Positions 24,371 through 32,438 of a DNA stretch of 32,438 bases are shown here, piece by piece (the stretch's first letter is position 1; every line of letters begins with the position of its first letter). The stretch lies in assembly GCA_003647715.1 (NCBI GenBank), contig QMNJ01000003.1:1-32438 (forward strand), read 5' to 3'. Origin of the DNA: Candidatus Coatesbacteria bacterium (GTDB taxonomy: Bacteria; RBG-13-66-14; B26-G2). Position numbers and translations under genes: made by a program. The notes below the pieces were generated by a model, which searched no databases, was not told the origin of the DNA, and saw only the letters and a program-made list of their open reading frames with translations.

Positions 24371-25690
24371 TTAAGAAGCGGACTCTTTCTTCCTCTCTCT
24401 GAATTCTCTGGATAGTTTCACTGCACACAGGGATGAGCACATTGAACAGGCATCTGTATCACTTAAGGGGCATCTATCTCTCACTTTCTCAACTATAAAG
24501 GGGTCAATCGCCTCTTCAGCCTGACGGCGCCAGTCAAGGTTTCTTCTTGCAATACTCATTCTTAAATCCCAATCCCCTGCACCAGACACACCCTTTGCAA
24601 TGTCTGCGGCGTGAGCGGCTATACGGGCTGAGATAACGCCGACCTTCACATCATCCACATTGGGGAGAGTGAGGTGCTCTGCTGGGGTCACATAACAGAT
24701 GAAGTCGGCACCATTCCATGCAGCTATGGCTCCACCAATAGCAGATGTGATGTGGTCGTAACCCGGCGCTATATCAGTTACAATGGGACCGAGAACATAG
24801 AACGGTGCTCCATCACATATCTTCTTCTCCAGGGACACGTTTGCCCCAATCTGATGCAATGGTATATGCCCTGGACCCTCAATCATAACCTGAACACCTG
24901 CTTCTTTTGCTCGCTTGGCAAGTTCTCCAAGAACAGTCAGCTCTGCAAGCTGAGACACATCAGTCGCATCCGCAATTCCACCCGGTCTCAAGCCATCACC
25001 CAAACTCAGGGTCATATCATATTTGAGCGCTATATCAAGAATTGTGTCAAATCCCGAATATAGTGGATTCTCCATCCCCCTCTTTTTCATCCATTTAATA
25101 AGATAAGCCCCGCCTCTACTCACCACCCCCATAATCCTTCTGCCAACATCTTCGCTGGACTTCAGGGTAACCCCACAGTGCACGGTAATGAAATCAATAC
25201 CATCTTCACCATGCATCTCTATGGTCTCATACATCTCATTGGGTGAGACCTCAGAGAAGTCAACACCCTCATCTGCACACTTAGCGATAAGGTCATATAT
25301 GGGCACGGTTCCCATTGGAACAGGACATTTCTTTCTTATCATACGCCTGATGGCACGAATATCGCCGCCCGTTGACAAATCCATCACCGTATCGGCACCA
25401 CTGGCGATTGCGGTATCAAGCTTCTTAATCTCTAACTCAGGGTCACATAAGTCCCTTGAGGTTCCTATGTTGGCATTAACCTTGGTTATCAGACCCTCAC
25501 CTATGGCAACCGGTTTTATTGCTCTACCTTCATCTTTATGCAGAAGATTGTAAGGAAGGACTACTCGCCCTTTAGATATTTTATCTCTGATGAATTCTGG
25601 TTCAACTCCCTCATACTGGGATGCTTGAGCCATCTCGGGAGTCACTTTACCTACCTGTGCTTTTTGAAGCTGAGTTGCTTTCTCACACAT
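24371..25690 (-). CDS. thiC: Phosphomethylpyrimidine synthase (short, anaerobe-type ThiC family)
   Basis: KVNANIGTS, MDLSTGG, GTVPIY, SRGG, SLGDGLRPG, EGPGH, PGYDHITSAIG, CYVTPAEH; C-terminal CSMCSSLC Fe-S motif. Confidence 0.88.
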   Translation of the reverse strand: MCEKATQLQKAQVGKVTPEMAQASQYEGVEPEFIRDKISKGRVVLPYNLLHKDEGRAIKPVAIGEGLITKVNANIGTSRDLCDPELEIKKLDTAIASGADTVMDLSTGGDIRAIRRMIRKKCPVPMGTVPIYDLIAKCADEGVDFSEVSPNEMYETIEMHGEDGIDFITVHCGVTLKSSEDVGRRIMGVVSRGGAYLIKWMKKRGMENPLYSGFDTILDIALKYDMTLSLGDGLRPGGIADATDVSQLAELTVLGELAKRAKEAGVQVMIEGPGHIPLHQIGANVSLEKKICDGAPFYVLGPIVTDIAPGYDHITSAIGGAIAAWNGADFICYVTPAEHLTLPNVDDVKVGVISARIAAHAADIAKGVSGAGDWDLRMSIARRNLDWRRQAEEAIDPFIVEKVRDRCPLSDTDACSMCSSLCAVKLSREFRERKKESAS

Positions 25691-25722
25691 TATTCACTCG
25701 TGCCTTTCTATCAATAACATAC

Positions 25723-26580
25723 TTAAAACTCTTCAATTAATAAGAAGGGTTCAGGGTCAATATATTTACCATTATATCTCACCTCGTAATGGAGATGAGT
25801 CCCTGTTGACCTTCCAGTGTTCCCCATATAGGCAATCAACTGCCCACGCTTGACCACATCCCCCACCTCTACTACATTGCCCTTATTGTGGCAATATGCG
25901 GTGATATACCCATTGCCATGGTCAATCTCTACAGTAAGACCATAACCACCTTTAAGCCCCGAGAATATCACTACCCCATCAGCAGAAGCAACTATCGGCT
26001 GTCCGCGCTCACCAACTATATCAATACCCCTGTGCATTTGAATTGTGTTGGTAAATGGTGACTCATAATAACCAAATTTCCTGTATATCCACCCTTTGGT
26101 TGGCTTCAAACTTGGGATTCTCCTGCTGTCATCACCCATATTCTTGACTCTTGAATATATTGTCTCTAACCTCTGCCTCATTGTCCTTGCAGACAACAAC
26201 GCCTCACCTATACTCATTTTCTCATACCTTTTCAGATTACCTTCATCTCCCCTCAATTTATCAAGCTGTAGCTTCCTCTCCACATCATCCTGTGCCAACC
26301 TTATCTCTGAAAGCTTTGACTCCAGCTCAGGTATGGTCTTCTCCATTATCTCTATCTTACGTTCTTTCTTCTCTTTCACCTCCTCAAGATAGGTAACCAA
26401 TCTGGCATCCACCAGCGAATGCGTATAACAATATATCAAATAACCGACACCTGAAACAAAGAGAATAAACCCGACAAGTATAATTATAAGCACAGGAGGT
26501 GAAATATAAACATTCTTAATTTCCCCTTCCTTCTCAGGGGCTATGATAACCTCAATCCCTCTCTTCTTTTTTTCTCTCAA
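25723..26580 (-). CDS. M23 family metallopeptidase with an N-terminal TM and coiled coil
   Basis: HRGID and GNTGRSTGTHLHYEV zinc motifs; TM at about residues 30-50; TTG start with SD AAGGAG. Confidence 0.9.
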   Translation of the reverse strand: MREKKKRGIEVIIAPEKEGEIKNVYISPPVLIIILVGFILFVSGVGYLIYCYTHSLVDARLVTYLEEVKEKKERKIEIMEKTIPELESKLSEIRLAQDDVERKLQLDKLRGDEGNLKRYEKMSIGEALLSARTMRQRLETIYSRVKNMGDDSRRIPSLKPTKGWIYRKFGYYESPFTNTIQMHRGIDIVGERGQPIVASADGVVIFSGLKGGYGLTVEIDHGNGYITAYCHNKGNVVEVGDVVKRGQLIAYMGNTGRSTGTHLHYEVRYNGKYIDPEPFLLIEEF

Positions 26581-26779
26581 ACTACTCCTTGCTTATAATT
26601 TACTGAACAAATAGAAAAATATCCATAAAACATCTTAATAACACTATATATTCTTTTAATTATATCACATACTCTACTGTCCATAAACTTAAAAAATAAA
26701 AAACAATACATCAAATAGATACATCTTTTAACATTAAATATTTGTCCTGTGATATTATTGGTTACTAATTTTGACTAAA

Positions 26780-28795
26780 CTACTGCATAAGGTTTCGCAT
26801 TCGTCTTAACATTTCTGCCTGCTCTTCTTCTGACTGCGGTGCTAATAATTCTTTTACATCCATCTTTACCTCAACCTTGTTTCTCAATGCAGTATAGAAA
26901 TCCATATAGATACCCTGTCTTATACTCTCTCTCATTGACTTGAGGGTTGAACTAAGATGCTTCTCAATCTCCTCATCAGTTGGTTCTTTAACTGATTTCA
27001 CTAATACGAAACACACACCATCCCTACAGCGAAGTGGCTTGCTTACTTTTCCTATCTCTAAATTAAATATGGAATCAAGTATTCTAAAATCATTACCTAT
27101 GCCAGGTGCACCCATTCCCTTTGATATATTTTCCCTCCTCTCTATCTTCTCTCCAGTCATTTCTGCAATATATTCAAGTGTCAACTCCCCATTCGCCCTG
27201 CTACGATTGATATTCTCAACCTCCTCAAGAGCAAGTTCAAACGCCTTCTCCCTCAATGCATCCTTCTCCACCTGCTCCCTCACATCCTCAATTCCTGCTA
27301 TCTCTGACGGCTTCCTGTCCATTACCTGAAACACAATGTAACCAGTTAATTGTGGTGGAGCGTAGGCAATACTCTGTGTGATGGGGAGAACTCTACCCAC
27401 ATCTCCAATATTTAGTTTAAATGCCTCGTTGGCGAGCGAGGGCATCCGCCCCAGCTCCTTGATAAACCCATCTTTTGAGAAGTAATCTGTCTCAACCACC
27501 TTCAAACCGAGTGTCATTCCCTCAACATCTATAGAATTTCCACCCTTAACTGATTCATATACTTCTTGTGCCTTCTTCTCAGCCCTCTCTTCCGCTATTG
27601 CACGCGTCAATATCTCCTTAATGTTCTCCTTCTGCTCATCATAAGGAGGGACATCCTCCTCCCTGAGAATTATATGATAGCCCTCCTCATCGCGGACTGG
27701 CTCTTTCGTGTATTCTCCAGCGTTAAGTTCAAGGGCATTCCTATCAAACTCATCTCCCCACTGACCTGGCATATAGAAGCCAAGGTCTCCACCAAGTGAC
27801 GAACTTGGGTGGTCAGAATACTTCTTGGCGAGCTCTGAAAAATCAGCCCCACTATTGAGTTCGGCAATCACCCTTAATGCCTTCTCTTTAGCCCTTGCAT
27901 CTTCTGATGGCGAAGCATCTTTGGGAACTGCAATGAGAATCTGTCTGGTATGTATCATACCCATATCAAGATAATCATTTTTGTGCTGTTCATAATAAGC
28001 CCTCATCTGCTTCTCACTCACTTCTATATCCTTTGCTATCTCGTTTATGTCAATATAAATATATTTAACCTTCACCCTCTCCGGCTTCCAGTATCTCTCC
28101 TTATGTTCCTGATAGTAAGAGATTACATCATCTTCTCCCAGTTTCACATCATCTTTATACTTTTCAACAGGTATCTTCACATATTCAATATCTGCTGTGG
28201 TTAAACTATCCCTTATAAGTTCTTCCACCTCTTTGGCAGAGATTCTGCTATTAGATGCAACAATATCAATAACAAAGGAACAAACCATCTCCTTCCTCAA
28301 GTTCTCCTCAAACTCTGCAGGGGTCATATATAACTCGCTGGCAAGCAACTCTCTATAGAGCTCTATGTCAAATTCACCCCCCCTCTGGAAGGCGGGAGAA
28401 GAAATTACCCTGTCTCTTATTACATCATCCGCAATCTTAATTCCCATTCGTTCAGCGATATTCAATAGTGACTGCCTGTATATAAGCATCTCAAGTGTCT
28501 TCTGCGCCGATATAGTCCTCAAATAGTTATCCATATCTTTCGTGATGTTCCCCTGATACTGCTTGCGCGCCTCCCTCAACCGAAGAGCATACTCCCTCTG
28601 CATCTCAATGAAGAACTCATCCCGCTTTATTGCTTCACCATCAACCTTGGCAATGGTAGAAGCTCTCCTCTCAGTAAATAATTTAATACCAGTTGAAGCA
28701 CCCCACAAAAATATCGCTCCAACAAATGCAATTATCACCACCCACATTATTGGTTTCATTCCCTCTCGTATTCCCCGAAGCATCTTACTTCTCAA
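26780..28795 (-). CDS. ppiD: PpiD-like membrane-anchored periplasmic chaperone (SurA N-terminal domain plus parvulin domain)
   Basis: N-terminal TM, IAKVDGEAI, PAFQRGGEFD, PERVKVKYI, HTRQIL...FSELAKKYSDHPSSSLGGDLG; 671 aa. Alternative start ATG 28783. Confidence 0.85.
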   Translation of the reverse strand: MRSKMLRGIREGMKPIMWVVIIAFVGAIFLWGASTGIKLFTERRASTIAKVDGEAIKRDEFFIEMQREYALRLREARKQYQGNITKDMDNYLRTISAQKTLEMLIYRQSLLNIAERMGIKIADDVIRDRVISSPAFQRGGEFDIELYRELLASELYMTPAEFEENLRKEMVCSFVIDIVASNSRISAKEVEELIRDSLTTADIEYVKIPVEKYKDDVKLGEDDVISYYQEHKERYWKPERVKVKYIYIDINEIAKDIEVSEKQMRAYYEQHKNDYLDMGMIHTRQILIAVPKDASPSEDARAKEKALRVIAELNSGADFSELAKKYSDHPSSSLGGDLGFYMPGQWGDEFDRNALELNAGEYTKEPVRDEEGYHIILREEDVPPYDEQKENIKEILTRAIAEERAEKKAQEVYESVKGGNSIDVEGMTLGLKVVETDYFSKDGFIKELGRMPSLANEAFKLNIGDVGRVLPITQSIAYAPPQLTGYIVFQVMDRKPSEIAGIEDVREQVEKDALREKAFELALEEVENINRSRANGELTLEYIAEMTGEKIERRENISKGMGAPGIGNDFRILDSIFNLEIGKVSKPLRCRDGVCFVLVKSVKEPTDEEIEKHLSSTLKSMRESIRQGIYMDFYTALRNKVEVKMDVKELLAPQSEEEQAEMLRRMRNLMQ

Positions 28796-29255
28796 CCTCC
28801 AGACCTATAATGTGTCTCATATCTAACTCTATTTTCAAAGTATTTCTGAAAAGTCCCTCACCCGCATCCCTCGCAAGATTATCTGCCCTCTTATTACTCT
28901 CCCTCTTAATATATAAAACTTCAATATCTAGACCCTTACTAAGGTCAAAATACCTCTTTACAAGCTCCCTTATTCTATCATTTTTTACCCGATACTCTCC
29001 ATTAATCTGCTTGGACATCAACTCACTATCAGTGTATATCTTTGCCTTTTTTGCACCCATTTGTTTTATTATCTCAACTGCTATCAGGAGAGAAATGTAT
29101 TCTGCCATGTTATTGGTGGTCTCGCCAATACCCGCTGAAAAGACACCAACTTCATTACCATCTCTATCTTCCACCAAAACACCAATCCCTGAGGGACCGG
29201 GATTTCCCTTTGAGGAACCGTCTATATAAATATTCAGTTCTCCTACATCATTCAT
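28785..29255 (-). CDS. rnhA: Ribonuclease HI (archaeal/Gram-positive-like subtype)
   Basis: IYIDGSSKGNPGPSGIG, TNNMAEY, TDSELMSKQING and RESNKRADNLA give all four acidic catalytic residues. Start is probably ATG 29255. Confidence 0.9.
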   Translation of the reverse strand: MNDVGELNIYIDGSSKGNPGPSGIGVLVEDRDGNEVGVFSAGIGETTNNMAEYISLLIAVEIIKQMGAKKAKIYTDSELMSKQINGEYRVKNDRIRELVKRYFDLSKGLDIEVLYIKRESNKRADNLARDAGEGLFRNTLKIELDMRHIIGLEVEK

Positions 29256-29973
29256 CCTTATGCTCCTCATCATCCTTATGATACAAGTAGCATGCACAGT
29301 TAGGACAGCGCTCTACGGTCTCACCTAAGATTACTCTATTAACCAACTGTGGTGGAAGATTGACAAAGCAGTTCTGACACACACCATCTACGACAATAGC
29401 AGTTGCTCTACCCTGGTTATGTTCTCTAGTTCTCTCATATCTGGAAAGTATCATCTTATCTATCCTGCCTGCCAATCTCTCTCTCTCTATCGTTAACTCA
29501 TCAATTGTCTTCTTCAATTCATTCTCACGCTGTTTAGAAAAGTCGCGGAAGGCATTGACATCCCTTCTTTTACTCTCAATAGAACCTTCTAACTTTTTAA
29601 TACTTTCTTCATAGTTATCTATCTCTTCCAGTAGCATTATTACCTCATCCTCAAGAACCGATATATCATTCCTGGTATTATCAATCTCTTTCAAGATAGC
29701 TGTATATTCCTCATTGGTTTTGACCTCAAACAATTGCTTCTGATACTTATTAAGAAGCGATTGTGTTTCTTCAAGATTTCTCTCTTTACGAATCCTCTGC
29801 CTTTTGGTCTCCTCCAACCTTGTTTTAATATCTTCAAGCTCCTCTTGAAGCGTCTTTAACTCGTTAAACTTTTTTGAGATTTGAAGGGGGAGATTTTCTA
29901 ACTCTTTTCTTGCAGTATCTATCCTGGTGTCTACTTCTCCCAGTGATACTATCAAGAAAAGAGTTTCGTTCAT
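29248..29973 (-). CDS. Coiled-coil C4 zinc-ribbon protein (DUF164/CT398-like)
   Basis: Long coiled coil with KTNEEYTAILKEI; C-terminal CQNC...CPNC. Confidence 0.9.
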   Translation of the reverse strand: MNETLFLIVSLGEVDTRIDTARKELENLPLQISKKFNELKTLQEELEDIKTRLEETKRQRIRKERNLEETQSLLNKYQKQLFEVKTNEEYTAILKEIDNTRNDISVLEDEVIMLLEEIDNYEESIKKLEGSIESKRRDVNAFRDFSKQRENELKKTIDELTIERERLAGRIDKMILSRYERTREHNQGRATAIVVDGVCQNCFVNLPPQLVNRVILGETVERCPNCACYLYHKDDEEHKDE

Positions 29974-31607
29974 CTTCGGAAAATCACCTTCTCAAAGAAC
30001 TTACCCACTCTATCTGGAAGGACAATGAGTTTGTATAAAACCCTATGCCTTCTCTCAAAATCGCTGGTGTCGAAAAACAGAGCGACAAATGCAACCAGAC
30101 AACCCAGGAATATTCCAAATAAAAATCCAACAAGAAGATTGAACTTCTTGTTGGGTGATACTGGGTCTTCATAAGCATACGGTTTATGCAGATACCTAAT
30201 CTGCTTTTCTACGGGTCTTTGTTGTATCTCTTCAATTTTCTGTCTTTCATACTCAGTTACAAGGACAGTATACACAGATTGTAGTTCTGTTAATCGCTTG
30301 GTCAGACGAGCCATTTCCATCTGCTCTTTAGGCATCTTTGATGTGATTTCTGCAAAGGTTTTCTCATAACTTGATATCTGGCTGTTGATACCCACAAGCC
30401 TTGATTTTATATTGCTTAAAACCATCTCATAAAATCTCTCCTTGAGATTCTTCAGCTCTCTCTCTTTATTTTTAACAGAGGGGTGTTTCTCAGTATATAT
30501 TGATTTCATCCTCGCCAGCTCTGTGCTTGCGGTATCAACCTGTGTCTTAAGAGAAGCAAGAGTAGGGTCATCAGAGACCAGAGGGATAGAAACACCGAAG
30601 GGGATATCAGTAACATCTATCTTATCCTCCACCAATAAGGTGAAGTATCTGTTAGAGAGGTCCCTCTGAATTTCAAGTGCTATCCTCTGTCCGGTCAATT
30701 CAGAGAGGATTGCAACCACCTCTGAAATAGCATCGCCATAATACAATGTTTTATGTTCTTTCTGATATTTAACCAGTTCATCCTGAATCTGCTCCATCTC
30801 CCTGTTTACCTCTTCTATCTCTTCTCCAAGTATCGCCAAACTTTCCTCCATAGATGAGAACTCATATTCCGAAGTCAACTTAAGGTATTTTTCAAGAACT
30901 AATTTCAGGATGTTTTTTGCTGTTATTCTATCTGTCCAATCAGCCGTTATTTCAATAATCCTTGGTCCTGGGTTCTTAGTAGTTATTGCAACATTACCCA
31001 GATATTCCAGCAATGCAAATTTATCCCACACACTAAACTCAATCTCATCACCCTTCTTGAAATCACCGGTTACTACAAATTTCAATCCGCCACCAGTATA
31101 TCTCTCACCAATCTTCCCACTGCCTACATATTCATCATCATTATAATAGACATTATAATCGCCACTATTATTTACAAACCTAATGGTGTATTCACCCGCT
31201 GAATTAAGTTTGTTTATAGATATAGGTCCCACAACATTCTCACCATATTCATCCTTAGGTATTTTACGCCTGTCAACATAGAGATTCAATTCATCTGCAA
31301 CACTCTCTAAATTCCGCAAACTGGTCATCACATATGTCTCAGTATCAAGCGCAGAAATCTCACCAAAACCGACCATAGACATCAACACATCAACCCCTGT
31401 GGATACGAAGCCAGGGGTCGGTCCAGTCGCCTGAGGAACCATAATAGCGGTAGTCGCCCGATACTTCGTGGTCATCATAAGAGTAGCCGCAACTGCACCA
31501 AAGGTAACCAGAATAGCAATAAAAAGAACAAGATATCTCCTGCTCCAGATTGCTTTTATATAATCTATTATGTTGAACCTTCTTTCATCCCGCATCTCTT
31601 TAGCCAT
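29970..31607 (-). CDS. Polysaccharide co-polymerase (Wzc/GumC-type) lacking the kinase domain
   Basis: Two TMs flank a coiled-coil periplasmic region; YTEKHPSV and PVSPNKK motifs; short C-terminal tail with no Walker motifs. Confidence 0.85.
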   Translation of the reverse strand: MAKEMRDERRFNIIDYIKAIWSRRYLVLFIAILVTFGAVAATLMMTTKYRATTAIMVPQATGPTPGFVSTGVDVLMSMVGFGEISALDTETYVMTSLRNLESVADELNLYVDRRKIPKDEYGENVVGPISINKLNSAGEYTIRFVNNSGDYNVYYNDDEYVGSGKIGERYTGGGLKFVVTGDFKKGDEIEFSVWDKFALLEYLGNVAITTKNPGPRIIEITADWTDRITAKNILKLVLEKYLKLTSEYEFSSMEESLAILGEEIEEVNREMEQIQDELVKYQKEHKTLYYGDAISEVVAILSELTGQRIALEIQRDLSNRYFTLLVEDKIDVTDIPFGVSIPLVSDDPTLASLKTQVDTASTELARMKSIYTEKHPSVKNKERELKNLKERFYEMVLSNIKSRLVGINSQISSYEKTFAEITSKMPKEQMEMARLTKRLTELQSVYTVLVTEYERQKIEEIQQRPVEKQIRYLHKPYAYEDPVSPNKKFNLLVGFLFGIFLGCLVAFVALFFDTSDFERRHRVLYKLIVLPDRVGKFFEKVIFRR

Positions 31608-31613
31608 AATAAT

Positions 31614-32306
31614 TTACCTCTGAAAAGTGTCATATACATTCCCGCTTCTGATTATCATACTCATTGCTGGAGTGACATTCTGAAGCACTTCATTCAATCT
31701 GGTCATCATGGTCTTGGGAACAAAGATGATATCACCTGGCTGTATCATAATGTTATCTTGCAGATTGCCTTCTGTCATTACCTCATCAAGATTGCAGGAA
31801 ACTAACTCTGGATTCTTAAGTCCACCCCTTATTACCTTGACATCATATTTCAGAGCAGTTCTAAGAAATCCTCCTGAAGATACTATTGCCTCCAGTATAG
31901 ATATATCCCTATTCAATACATATACACCTGGTTGTCTAACCTCACCACATATGATATACCTGGCATTTGCCACCTTTTCAACCGATACAATAACTTCTGG
32001 CTCTATTATATACTCACTCAACCTGCTCTGCAGTTCTTCCTCAAGCATAGAAGTGGTCATACCTGTAACTTTTATCCTCCCTACCAGATGGAGATTAATA
32101 GTTCCATCGCTATCAATAATTACCCTGCCACCTACAGGGTATTCTGTCTCCACTCCCTCGTGGGAGCTCATCGGTAAAATCGGCTCGAAAACAGGTAGAA
32201 CAGAGATATACAGAACATCCTGTGGTCCAAGAATATACTCTGAAAGACCCTGACCTGTTAATGTCATTGCGATAAACAACAATATACATACTGGTCTTAA
32301 AACCAT
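31614..32306 (-). CDS. wza: Polysaccharide export protein (Wza/OPX; Poly_export plus SLBB)
   Basis: YILGPQDVL, DGTINLHLVGRIKVTGMT, GEVRQPGVY and IQPGDIIFVP, followed by a Wza-like C-terminal helix. Confidence 0.85.
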   Translation of the reverse strand: MVLRPVCILLFIAMTLTGQGLSEYILGPQDVLYISVLPVFEPILPMSSHEGVETEYPVGGRVIIDSDGTINLHLVGRIKVTGMTTSMLEEELQSRLSEYIIEPEVIVSVEKVANARYIICGEVRQPGVYVLNRDISILEAIVSSGGFLRTALKYDVKVIRGGLKNPELVSCNLDEVMTEGNLQDNIMIQPGDIIFVPKTMMTRLNEVLQNVTPAMSMIIRSGNVYDTFQR

Positions 32307-32438
32307 AGCTATTATCCCCTTATCTCCAGAAAGACCTAATTACACCTCCTGGGTGCTTCAGGATAAGATTATACAATATGCTCATAATATTAATTTCTCT
32401 AAAATGCCTATTATCTATTGCTTTTTTTAACAATACTA

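Noticed and set aside
26581-26779. Possible ncRNA (rnpB often lies near zinc-ribbon/rnhA genes) or TPP riboswitch in this gap
   Set aside because: Very AT-rich, with no GC-rich helices or conserved RNase P/TPP motifs visible; more likely promoter DNA.
140-32253. The many short overlapping ORFs in the track (e.g. 140-406, 6358-6699, 8662-9228, 28693-29229, 31708-32253)
   Set aside because: They are antisense or off-frame shadows of well-supported genes. The Ser/Leu/Phe/Ile-rich ones are what reverse-complemented Glu/Lys-rich coding sequence produces.
32307-32438. SD-like AGGAGGTG and a possible ops/JUMPstart element upstream of wza
   Set aside because: No properly spaced start codon after the SD-like sequence and no GGCGGTAG ops motif. 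A TATAAT is present but I found no convincing -35.
1-32438. CRISPR arrays, tRNA/rRNA, IS elements, prophage or defence systems
   Set aside because: No regularly spaced repeats, cloverleaf or rRNA-like segments, transposase, integrase or recognisable defence domains were seen; intergenic gaps are short.

Overview
A gene-dense bacterial chromosomal window from a diderm, probably anaerobic organism. Evidence: an Omp85 barrel, lipoproteins, Wza/Wzc-type export genes, a T9SS-like C-terminal domain, Rex, a short ThiC and a split class I fumarase. An FCB-related candidate lineage is plausible but is only an inference. About 26 CDSs sit in short, functionally mixed operons. I saw no rRNA, tRNA, CRISPR array, transposase or phage genes. 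Most notable: (1) a 988-aa headless coiled-coil protein with 24-residue repeats directly upstream of an orphan ParA/Soj ATPase with no parB, a candidate undescribed positioning or cytoskeletal module; (2) a four-gene envelope operon encoding a secreted protein, a TPR lipoprotein, a CsgG/LpoB-like lipoprotein and a metallopeptidase-PD40-Omp85 fusion; (3) two unrelated secreted proteins ending in the same short motif (T-[ST]-x4-KSL-x-Y), a possible sorting signal; (4) an IlvC homologue that keeps its metal ligands but has H107S and K130M changes; (5) a probable Rex operator overlapping the rex promoter. A DUF4388 gene at the left edge is missing from the ORF track. All family calls come from recognising motifs by eye, not from database searches.
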